A program made the position numbers and the translations under genes. A DNA stretch of 64,000 nucleotides from Rebecca billardiae RCC1528. Taxonomy: Eukaryota; Protista; Haptophyta. The stretch covers positions 1,984,001 to 2,048,000 of the forward strand of contig OZ251228.1 in NCBI GenBank assembly GCA_965240325.2, read 5' to 3'. This document shows, piece after piece, positions 54,601 to 64,000 of the stretch; within the stretch, counting starts at the first letter, position 1; each line of letters starts with the position of its first letter. Below the pieces are notes generated by a model that was not told where the DNA came from, searched no databases, and worked only from the letters and a program-made list of their open reading frames with translations.

Positions 54601-57518
54601 CCGAGGGGCGCGCACGCGGCGCGCGCCCAGCGGAGGAGGAGGTGGAGCTGATCGTCGTCTACCAGGTACTCCAGGCTGCCGTCGAGCGCCTCGAGCTCGT
54701 CCGCCGCGGAGCCGTCCGCCGCGCGCGCGCGCGCCGACGCGGCGCGCAGTCGCTCGAGCTCGCGCCGCAGCGCCGAGGCCGGCAGCAGCCGCCGCAGCTC
54801 AAAGTGGGTGACGACGCGCCAGAGCACGTTGAGCGTGACCTGGCAGTCGCCGTCGGCGATCGCGCGCACCTCCAGCTCGAGCGGCGCAGCCGGCGCGCCG
54901 TCCGCCGCGAGCGCGCTCAGCGCCACTCGCACGTTGTGCAGCTTCTGCAGCCGCGAGCTCGCCGGCACGCGCAGCTCGGCCGCGAGCGCGGCGAGCGCGG
55001 CCGCGCCGCCGCCGGTGGTGGCGGCGGCGGCGGCGGCGGTGCCGGCGGCGGCGTCGGCGCGCGCGGCGGCGAGCCGGCGCACCAGCTCCGCCAGCCGCAC
55101 GCCGTCGCGCAGGTCCACCGCCAGGTTGGACACGCCGAAGTTGAACTCGTCGAGTGCGGACTGCGCGGCGCGCAGCTCGTGTCCGAGCAGAGACACGTGC
55201 CGCGCGATGTCGCCGCCGCCGGCGGAGACGTGGTCGCGCGCGAAGGCCTGGAGGAGCTCCTTGGTCGACTTGATCCGCGCGCCCACCTCGAAGAGGCACG
55301 GGTCCGCCGCGCCGAGCAGCGCCGCGCGCTTCGCCGCGTCGAGGAAGACGACGAGCTGCAGCGTGGCGCGCAGCGTGTGCGCGCGCGCGCCCGCGGCCGC
55401 GGCGCGCGCGTCCGCGGCGCCGGGCCCGGCTGCGGGCGGCGGCGCGCCGAGCACGCGCTGCTCGAGGGCGCGGCGCAGCGCGGCGGCGTCCAGCGGCCCG
55501 CCGGGCATCAGCACCATCTCGCCGAGCACCGCCTCCAGCGCCGGGCGCAGCCATAGCGGGTTGACGGTAAGGAAGAGATTGACGAAGTTGGCGCGCAGCC
55601 CGACGTCGGCGAGCAGGTCCGGACTCTCGCGCATCCGGACCGCGCCCTCGGCGACGGCGGCCTCGAGCTTTGCGAGGGTGCGCGCGAGGGGCTGCGAGCG
55701 CGCGAGCGCGAGCGCGTCGCGCCGCAGCTTGCCCTCCGCGCGCCAGCGCTCCAGCTCCGCCACGGCGCTCAGCTGCCGCGCGCACGCGCCCTCAGCACCC
55801 TCCGCGCCGCTGCCGCAGTCGTCGCCGCGCCGAAGCGCCCAGTTCATGTACCGCGCGAAGAGGCGCTCCTGCTTCTCGCGCCAGTGCACGTCGTACAGCG
55901 CCTTGCGCGCCTCGGGCGGCGGCGCGCGCGTCGCGCCCGCCGGCTTCTTCAGCACGAGCGCGCCGCCGCCGCGCGCCGCGCCGCCGCGCGCCGCGCCGCC
56001 CGCGCCGCCGCCAGCGCCGCCTCCGGCCGCGCGGCTCGCGGCCTCGTGCTTCTTGCGCAGCGCGGCGCCCTCGAGGTGGCGCACGGCGGCGGAGGTGGTG
56101 GCGCGCGCGACGCGGCTCTCGCCGCGCGCGCCGCACTCCCCCTCCGCCTCCGCCGCGCCCTCCGCCGCCGGCGGCGGCGGCGCGGCCGTCGCTGGCGTCG
56201 GCACGGCCGCGGGCCCGGCGGCAGGCTCCAGCCTGGCAGGCGCGGGCGTCGCCGCCACGGCCGCCGTGCCGCCGGCTCGGTACGACTCGAACGTGGCGAA
56301 GTCGGCACCGCGCTCGAGCGTGAGCGGCGCGACGGCGGACGTGCGCGGCGGCGCCGCGCTGCCCGCGCCGCGCCCCGCCACGAGCGCCGCTGCCTCGCGC
56401 TGCTTGCGCGCGCCCGGCCCGCCCCAGTCTGAGGGGCGCTTCGGCTCGAGCACCAGAGAGGGCGCCGGCGCGACCGAGACGCGGCGCGCGCGGGGCTGGG
56501 CGCGCGGCCCGGGCGCGGGCGGCTTGCCCGACGCGCCGCTCGGCCGTGCCGCCGCGCCCGACGGCGCACCCCGCTGCGCCGGCGCCGGCTGCGGCTTCGC
56601 CTCGCCGCGCACGGTGACGGCCAGCGAGCGCTTTCCCTTCCAAGAGAAGGATACCTTGGAGCAGAGCGCGCCGTGCTGGCGCGCGGCCCACGCGAGGAGC
56701 ACGCGCGCGGTGCCGTGCGGCGCGAGGCGCAGCGGGAACGTCGGCGACTCGACGCTCACGCCCTTGGGCAGCGACTCGGTCACGAGATCTGCGCGGAACG
56801 GCGCGGGACGGCGCGAGACGGCGCGAGCGCGTGAGTGCGGCTCGGCTCGGCTCGGCGCGGCGCGGTAAGCGCGGCGGCACGCACCGATGACCTGACTCGT
56901 CGCCGACGGGTTGTGCACCGTGAACGCGGCGAGCGCCTGGCTCGTGCCGACGGGCACGCTCCCAAAGTCCACCCAGGGAGAGGGCGCGAAATGCGCGATC
57001 TGCAGGACTGGGCCTCCCTCCGCCTCCTCCGCCTGCTCGCAGGCGCCCCCGGCGACGTCGGCGATGGGCGCGGCGGCGTCTGCGGCCGGCGGGTGCGGAG
57101 CGGGCTTGCGGGAGATCGGAACCATGACGACCACACCGTCCACGCTTTCGAGCTCGGCCTTTGTCCGCGCGAGCCCACCGCGCGCCGGCTGCTGCGCGGA
57201 GGCGTCGAGGGCCCGAGGCTCGGCGTGGAGCGCGGTCTCGACGGGCTTGCGCGCCGCGTCGCTGCGCGCGGTCGGCGGCGTGCGCGCGCGAGCGTTGGTG
57301 CTGATCAGCGAGAGCTTGGCCGCGGGCGCGCGCGAGCGCATGCGCGCGCACCCATCGGTGCGCGTCTCGTCGTCCGCGTGGGCATTCTCCTTGTCAGCGG
57401 CGCTCGCGCCCGCGGCCACGGCCACGAAGGGCGAGGGCCCGAGCGCGACCTTGGGCGAGTTGGCGGCCGTCAGGGACGCGCCGCTGAGCGCGTTGCGCGG
57501 CGTGAGCACGTCGGGCAT
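48635..57518 (-). CDS. ASPM: Abnormal spindle / ASPM homolog (ASH-Hydin domain, CH domains, IQ array, ARM-like C-terminus); introns 57262-57351, 56789-56884, 49567-49745, 49220-49398, 48891-49013
   Basis: HFAPSPWVDFGSVPVG, WREKQERLFARYMN, DVGLRANFVNLFLTVNPLWLRPALE, DEFNFGVSNLAVDLRDGVRL, SRLQKLHNVRVAL, SFADGRALCCLVHAY, many IQ motifs, and VRTCNRSAPH. Confidence 0.93.
50880..53690 (-). repeat. Coding tandem repeat of 579 bp (193 aa), ~4.8 near-identical copies forming the IQ array
   Basis: Identical small ORFs start at 51422, 52001, 52580 and 53159 (period 579). The peptide SAWWQLETARVAQIML occurs four times. Confidence 0.95.
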
Positions 57519-57825
57519 CCGCGCGAGTGGCGGGCGCCTCCTCGCGGAAGCTCGGTGCGCGCGTGTGCACGGCCACTCTGGGCACGGCCGCGGGAAGCGC
57601 GCAGCGAATCGCGCGCGAGTTTGAAAGGCCGGCCGCGGGAAAGCGTTACCGCGGAAATCGGCCATCCGGATTCATCCTGGACAGGTCCGGGCCGGGCCAA
57701 GCCGCCGCCATCGCTGCGCGGACAGCAACCTGCAAAAGGGGGACGAGCGGCCCAAGCCGCCGACGGCCGGCGCCGTTCGCGCCGCTGCGCGCGCGCTGCG
57801 CAGCTGCGGCGGCGGCGGGGCGGCC

Positions 57826-60800
57826 ATGCTGCCCTCGTCGTTCGCCGGGCTCGGCTCCATCGGCTCGCCCATGGCCCTCCTCGAGAAGGCCAACGCCGCG
57901 CTCGCCGACATCAGCCACGACCTCGACCAGACGATGAGCGCCAACCAAGGCGACGACGCGGCGGCCGGAGCGGACGCCACCGCCGCGCACGCGGGCGCGG
58001 GCGAGGGCGCGGCGATGCTGCCCGCCGCCGAGACGCCCGTGCGATGCACGCCCGAGCCGGCACACCTCTCCGCCCGCGCGGACACGCCGCGCACCGCCGC
58101 GCCCTCCGGCTCGCGCGGCGCGGAGGCAGGGTCCCCACTCACGCCGGCCGTCGTGGGCGAAACGACACCGCCGCCGCCGCCGCCGCGGGCCGCGCCGGCC
58201 GACGCGGCGGAGGCGGCGTCGCTGCGCGCGCAGAACGCGAAGCTCAAAGGGATGCTGAAGCAGCTCGCGGACAAGCGCGCGGGGCTCCAGGCCGAGCTGC
58301 AGGCCAGGACGGCCGAGCTGGACAACGTGCGCGAGCGGCTGGACGAGGCGCAGCGGCGGCAGCGGCTGCAGCAGGAGCAGCAGGAGCGGCGGCAGGAGCA
58401 GGAGCAGCAGGAGGAGGAGGCGCAGCGGCAGCAGCAGCGGCGGCAGCAGGAGCAGCAGGAGCGGCAGCAGGGCGGCGCGCCGCCAGCGTCGTCCACGCCC
58501 CCGAACGGCGCGCAGCCCACGGGCGCAGCCGCGGCGGCTGCCTCCGCTGCGCGCGTGCGCGAGCTCGAGGTGCACAACACCAAGCTGAAGGGGCTGCTGC
58601 AGAAGCTGAACGAGGCGAAGAAGGCCGCCGAGGCGGAGCGCGACGCGCTGCTCGAGCGGACCGCCTCGGACGCGCGCGCGCTCGAGGCGGTGTACGCGGA
58701 GCTCGGCCGCTCGCGGGAGGAGCCTGCGTGCGCGGAGGGCGGCAGCGCCGCAGCCGCCGCCGCCGCCGCGGAGCTCGGCGCCGCGCGCGGCACCATCGCG
58801 CAGCTCCGCTGGGCGACGGTGGTGCGCGCGGCGGCGGCGCGCGCGGCGGCGGCGCGCGAGGCTGCGGAGGCGCGCGCGGCGCGCGAGGAGCGCGCGCGCG
58901 CGGCGAGCGCGCTCGCGGCCGAGTGCGATGGGCTGCGCGCCGAGCTCGCGCAGGCGCGGCGGCAAGCGGCGGCGCTCGAGGCTGCGCGCGCCGACGCGGC
59001 CGCCGAGCGCGCGCACGCGGGCGAGGCGGCGGCCGCAAGCGCTGCGGCCGCGGATGCCGACGCGGCCGCGGCCGCGCAGCGCGCGCAGCTGAGCGCGGAG
59101 CTCGAGGCCGTGCGCTGCGCGCTCGACGACGCGCGCGCGGACGCGGACCGGCAGCGCGCCGAGGCCGAGGCGGCGCGCGCGCGCTGCCTCGACGCCGAGC
59201 GCGACGCGGCGGCGGCGCGCGCCCGCGCGGGCGTGGCGGCCGAGGCCGAGGAGGCCGCGCGGCGCGGCGCGGCCGACGCGGAGGCGAGCGCGCGCGGCGG
59301 CGCGGAGCACCTAGCTGAGGTGCGCGCCGAGCTCGCCGCCGCGCGCGCCGCGCGGGACGAGGCCGAGCCAGGCGCGCACGCGCTCAGCGCCGCCGCGCAA
59401 GTGCGCGCGCTCGAGGCGGCGCGCGCGGCCGCGGCCGCCGAGGCGCGCTCCCTCCGGGCGCAGCTGGAGGGCGCGCGCGCAGATGTGCGGCACGCGCGCG
59501 ACGCGGCGCAGGCTGCTGCGGAGGGGCGCGGCGCGCCCGGCAGCGCCGAGCCCGCGCCCGGCAGAAGCGCCGCACCACCCGCCGCCGCGCCCGCACCCGC
59601 CGCGCTCGCCGCCACCGCCGCCGCGCCCGCCTCCGCCTCCGCCTCCTCCGCGCCCCTCGGCGCCGCCAGCCCGGCCGGCAGCCCTGCGCGCGTGCGCGAG
59701 CTCGAGGCGCACAACGCCAAGCTCAAGTTCTTGCTGCAGAAGCTGAACGAGTCGAAGAAGCAGCTCGAGGCGAGCGCGGCGGAGGCCTCGGCGGCCGCAG
59801 CGGACGAGCTCAAAGCCGAGCGCGCGCGCGCCGCCGCCGCGCACGCCGACGCGGCCGCGGCGCGCGACGACCTCGCGAGCGCACGCGCGGCGCTCGAGGC
59901 GGCTGCGGCGACGGGCGCGCAGCAGGCGGGCGCGCTCGATGCGATCAAGGCCAAGTCGAAGGAGTTCATCCAGCGCCTGTCCGACGAGAAGCGCGCGCTC
60001 GAGGCTGAACTCGACGGCGCAAAGCGCGCCGCGCACGCCGCCGATGCCGCGCTCGCCGACGCTCGTCAGCAGCTGAGCGGCGGCGACGCGGCGCGCGCCG
60101 CCTCGGAGCAGCGCGCGGCCCGCGAGGCGGCGAGCGCCGAGCACGCGGCGCGCGAGCTGGCGATCGCCGAGACGACGGTGGCCAACCTGCGCGAGGAGCT
60201 GCGCCGTTACAAGGCGCACGCGGCAAAGGCGCTGCGCGACCGAGACGACGCCGCCGCGTCCGCGCGCGCCGACGCCGACGCGGCGCGCGCGGACGCGGAC
60301 GGCGCGCGCGCCGAGCTGAGCACACTCAGCGCCGCGCTCGAGCAAGCCGCTGCGGCCTCCCAGGAGGAGTGGCGCGCGCGCGTGGAGGCGGCGAGCGCGG
60401 AGCTGGGCAGCGCGCGCGCCGAGCTGGGCGCCGAGCGCGCCGCGCGCGCGCAGCTGCAGACCGCCCTCGACGAGCTCACCCGCGAGATTGAGATCTCCAG
60501 ATCGGAGGCAGATCGGTCCGAGGCGCGCGCGCGCGAGCTGCGCGCGCGCGCGGACGAGGCGCGTGCGGCGGCTGAGCACGACTCGACCGCGCGGCGCGCG
60601 GCGGAGGCGGCGGCGGAGCGCGCGGCGGAGCGCGGCGCGCGCGCGCTCGCCATACACGAGGCCGAGGTCTACGCACTGCGACGCGCGCTGCAGGCGGCCG
60701 ACGCCGACCTCGGCACCGCGGCCGCCGCGTCGGGCGCGGCGCGCGCCGACGCGGACGCGGCGCGCGCGGACGCGAGGGAGGCGGCCGCGCGCGCCGCGAG

Positions 60801-61856
60801 CGCCGAGCGCGAGGCGCAGGTACGCGCACGCGCGCGCGCGGGGCGCCAGCGCGCGGTGGGCGAGGGCGCAACGCGCCGCCCGACGCGCGCGCCGCGTGCT
60901 CAGCCGCGCGCCGCGCCGCCGTGCCCGCCTGCCCGACCCGCGCCTCGCGCGCGGCCGCGCAGGAGCACGGCCGCGCGGCGCAGGCGGCTGCGGCGCGCGC
61001 GCAGCCGCAGCGCGCGGCGCCCGGCGGCACGGACGTGCTTGACGCCCTGCACACGCTCCGGACGGCCGCAGCGGCAGGGGCGCGAGCAGGGGGCGGCGGA
61101 TGCGGCGGCGGCGGGGCGACGGACGCGGACGCGGCGCAAGCTGGCACAGACGCGGACGCCGCCGCCGCCGCCGCGGACGGCGACGCAGGCGGCGCGAGCG
61201 TGCTAGCCTCAGTGTTGGCGCGAGCCACCCCGCCGCCCGCAGCCTTGCGAGGCGCGCCGAGGGGCGCCGACGGCGGCAGCGGCCGCGAGTGGGCGGCGGC
61301 GGCGCGCCCGCCGCCGCCGCCGCCGCCGCCCGGCGCCACCCGCGCCTCCGCCTCCGGCTCCGCGCCCGCCCCGGCCGCGCGCGAGCTCGAGGCCATGCGG
61401 CGAGAAGTGCTCGAGCTGCGCGAGAGCGTCTCCGAGCACGAGACGCGCGAGCGGCTGCTGCACGAGCAGTCCGCCTTCCTCAAGGCCGAGCTGCGCGAGA
61501 TGGCGCGGAACCAGGCGCGCGAGGCGACGGACGTGCAGTACCTGAAGAACGTGGTCGTCAAGTGCGCGCGCGCCGGCTGCGCACCGCCCTCCGCCGCGCG
61601 AGCTCCCGCATGCGCGCACGCGCACGCACACGCGCTGCGCCGGCCCCGCGCGCCGCGCGCCCGCGCGCCGTGCACCCACGCGCCGCGCGCCTGCGCGCCG
61701 TGCGCCCGCGCTCCGCGCAGGTACATGGAGACGCACGACCTCGCCGGCCTGCTGCCCGTGATCGCCGAGACGCTGCATCTGGCGCCGGAGGAGGTCGAGC
61801 GCATCCGCGAGTACCGGCGCGCGGGCGGCGGGCTGCTCGGCCGCTTGCTGGGGTAG
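57826..61856 (+). CDS. GRIP-domain coiled-coil golgin; introns 60820-60962 and 61562-61720
   Basis: Long coiled-coil. The spliced C-terminus DVQYLKNVVVKYMETHDLAGLLPVIAETLHLAPEE is a GRIP domain. Confidence 0.88.
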
Positions 61857-62256
61857 CCGCCGGAGGACGTGCCGTGCACTCGTCGTACGGCCCAGCAGTC
61901 AGCAGCCAGCGGAACTTGGACGACACCATTTGTTAGGCCAGGCCAGGTGAGATGAGCCAGCAGATTGTCACCTGATGAGCCGCGAATCGTGTGTGTTGAT
62001 CAAGGCGGAGGTGAGCCGACGCCCCCGGTCCGCGTCCTCTTCCAGGCACCGCCGCCATTTCCCGTGGGCGACACCGTTCCGCGTTTCGTCTGCACCCAGT
62101 CACCCTTTCACCCACAAAGAAACAGATGAAGGCAGACGACGAAATGCTGCAGTGGGCAAACGCCGCAAACAGCTCTCCGGCTGCTGGCCGGCCGTGAGCC
62201 GCGAACGTCGAACGAGCCCAAGCCGCCCGAGGCCGCCGCCGGCCGGCTTGCGGACA

Positions 62257-63186
62257 ATGGGTGCTCCGTCGCCACGCCTCGAGTCGCGCATCGACGTGCC
62301 GTTCGAGTGCATCTGCGGCTTCTCGTGCGGCACGTCGCACGCTCTCAAGTCCCACCTGCGCCGAGGCCAGCTCTCCGGCGCCAACCACCTTGCGGTCGCA
62401 GGCCGCGTCTCTCCGGTGCCGCTCGCGACCGTCGACCTGCCCGCGACAGCGGACGGCCGCGTGCGCCTGCTGTTCGTGCGGCACGGCGAGTCGGCGAACA
62501 AGTCAATGGCCTGCCAGACACACGTCGAAGACGCGCCCCTCTCCCCCCTGGGCTACAGGCAGGCGGAGGCGCTCGGCGCGGCGCTCGGCGCGCAGCTCAG
62601 TCCGTCTCAGACGCTCGTTGTGGTCAGCCCGATGAGGCGAGCGCTGCTCACGGCAGCCCCGCTGATCTCGCGGCTCGGCCTCGCGCGTGGGCGCGTCATC
62701 TGCCACGGCGAGCTGTGGGAATGGCGCGGCGCCCACCCGGCCTACCCGGGGCGTTCGGCCGCTGCGACCGAAGCGGACAAGCAGATGCCCTCCGTGCGCT
62801 GCGAGTGCTTCGGCGAGGGCGGAACGACGTGGCAGTTCCACGGGCACGGGCACCTGGAGAACGAGACGGACATGCGCCGGCGCGCGCACTCGTTCCGCCG
62901 CTGGCTGCACGCCCAGATGCCCCGCCGCCTCGACGGCGACACGGTCCACACGGCCGTGATTGTCGGCCACCTTCACTTCTTCGACCTGCTGCTGCAGATC
63001 CTGCTCAAGGGCACGGCGGAGGACTGGTACGCCTCGCTGCGCGAGTACGCGCTGCGCAACGCGGCGGTGACCGAGGTCATGTACGACTTTGGCACGGGCT
63101 GCGCCATCCTGGGCACGGAGAACAGCGTCGTCCATCTCAAGGAGCGCGGGGTGGCCGTGACAGGGGGTGCGCACGATTCCTCTTGA
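62257..63186 (+). CDS. Histidine phosphatase (phosphoglycerate mutase) family protein with N-terminal Zn-finger-like motif
   Basis: LLFVRHGESAN, DAPLSPLGYRQAEAL, VVSPMRRALLTA, VIVGH and LRNAAVT; N-terminal FECICGFSCGTSHALKSHL. Confidence 0.87.
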   Translation: MGAPSPRLESRIDVPFECICGFSCGTSHALKSHLRRGQLSGANHLAVAGRVSPVPLATVDLPATADGRVRLLFVRHGESANKSMACQTHVEDAPLSPLGYRQAEALGAALGAQLSPSQTLVVVSPMRRALLTAAPLISRLGLARGRVICHGELWEWRGAHPAYPGRSAAATEADKQMPSVRCECFGEGGTTWQFHGHGHLENETDMRRRAHSFRRWLHAQMPRRLDGDTVHTAVIVGHLHFFDLLLQILLKGTAEDWYASLREYALRNAAVTEVMYDFGTGCAILGTENSVVHLKERGVAVTGGAHDSS

Positions 63187-63209
63187 TGAGTTCAATATAG
63201 TCACTCATC

Positions 63210-63349
63210 GTCATCGCCGATTTAGTGAATAGACAATAGCAGTAGTGATGATGACGCGCTGACTAGCTAGCTAGTAGCTGTCATCGCCGATTTAGTGAAT
63301 AGACAATAGCAGTAGTGATGATGACGCGCTGACTAGCTAGCTAGTAGCT
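63210..63349. repeat. Perfect 70-bp tandem duplication
   Basis: gtcatcgccgatttagtgaat...ctagtagct starts at 63210 and again at 63280. Confidence 0.95.
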
Positions 63350-63530
63350 AGCAGCTTAGATACCGCGCTAGTACTGCGTCCGATCACTCGCGGACGACTG
63401 ATCAGACACTCGGCCGCCTCACACTCAATGCTACGGTCACAGAGTACGGACAGATCGGATGCATGCTGCCGCCTGAGCCACTCAGCCTGAGGCCGTTAGA
63501 ATGGCAGTTTAGTAGTATAAGTCTTGTCAG

Positions 63531-63532
<2 letters not shown>

Positions 63533-63610
<78 letters not shown>
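63533..63610. repeat. (TA)n microsatellite
   Basis: About 39 perfect units. Confidence 0.98.
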
Positions 63611-63612
<2 letters not shown>

Positions 63613-63829
63613 TCGGCAACACTCGCTCATTCTCAGCAGTGACAGTTGGCCTACTGTCAGTGATGGTGCCATGGCATCATCCGACCGCAGTGGGCGAGTG
63701 CGGAGTGGCTCGGTTCAGCCGCCACAATCCTCGGCCAACTGGCATCACTGAGCTTCACTATACGTCACAGACCCACGACCGGCCGGAGTCGGATCGCAGC
63801 CGCGCCGGAGCCCGTGCTGCTGCAGCCAC

Positions 63830-64000
63830 TCACTCGCGGTGGGGGAGCTCCGCTCGGCGCATCAGGCTCGCCTTCTTCCGCGCCTTGTCATGGGACGCCT
63901 GCCGCGTGGATTGCGTCACCTTTGCCATCCTGACCACGGCGGTGGCCGGCTTCTCGAACAGGAGCTCCGTCGGGTCGACCGCGCGCACCGCGTCGAGGTA
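63830..64000 (-). CDS. 3' end of an unidentified gene running in from beyond the window
   Basis: Open frame YLDAVRAVDPTELLFEKPATAVVRMAKVTQSTRQASHDKARKKASLMRRAELPHRE* with GC3-rich codons. Confidence 0.55.
   Translation of the reverse strand, partial: YLDAVRAVDPTELLFEKPATAVVRMAKVTQSTRQASHDKARKKASLMRRAELPHRE

Noticed and set aside
1-64000. tRNA/rRNA genes or an autonomous transposase/RT
   Set aside because: No recognisable motifs seen by eye; tRNAscan-SE, Infernal or HMM searches would be needed to exclude them.

Overview
Very GC-rich eukaryotic nuclear DNA with short GC-rich GT-AG introns. The style suggests a haptophyte of the Pavlova/Diacronema type, but that is inference only. About 18 protein-coding genes are supported: ABC-class ATPase (MRB1590-like), StrG-like 2OG-Fe(II) oxygenase, cyclophilin, FkbM methyltransferase, a small membrane protein, a MACPF-like/jacalin protein, a giant Ser-Pro-repeat REJ/GPS polycystin-1-like receptor, MINDY deubiquitinase, a tandem glycosyltransferase-like protein, an SGNH/PC-esterase-like protein, cyclin L, a JmjC protein, SAGA Ada1, a sulfotransferase, ASPM, a GRIP golgin, a histidine phosphatase and one partial gene. 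Twelve of these sit in six tight head-to-head pairs. The other intergenic gaps are filled with small non-autonomous mobile elements whose ends and target-site duplications can be read directly: two long-TIR foldback elements, a nested TIR stack, an Academ-like element, Helitron-like 3' ends, and a 1.74 kb A-x-BA-y-B split-direct-repeat element of the tyrosine-recombinase retrotransposon type. Most long overlapping ORFs in the track are high-GC antisense or frame artefacts. All family assignments come from motifs read by eye, not from database searches.
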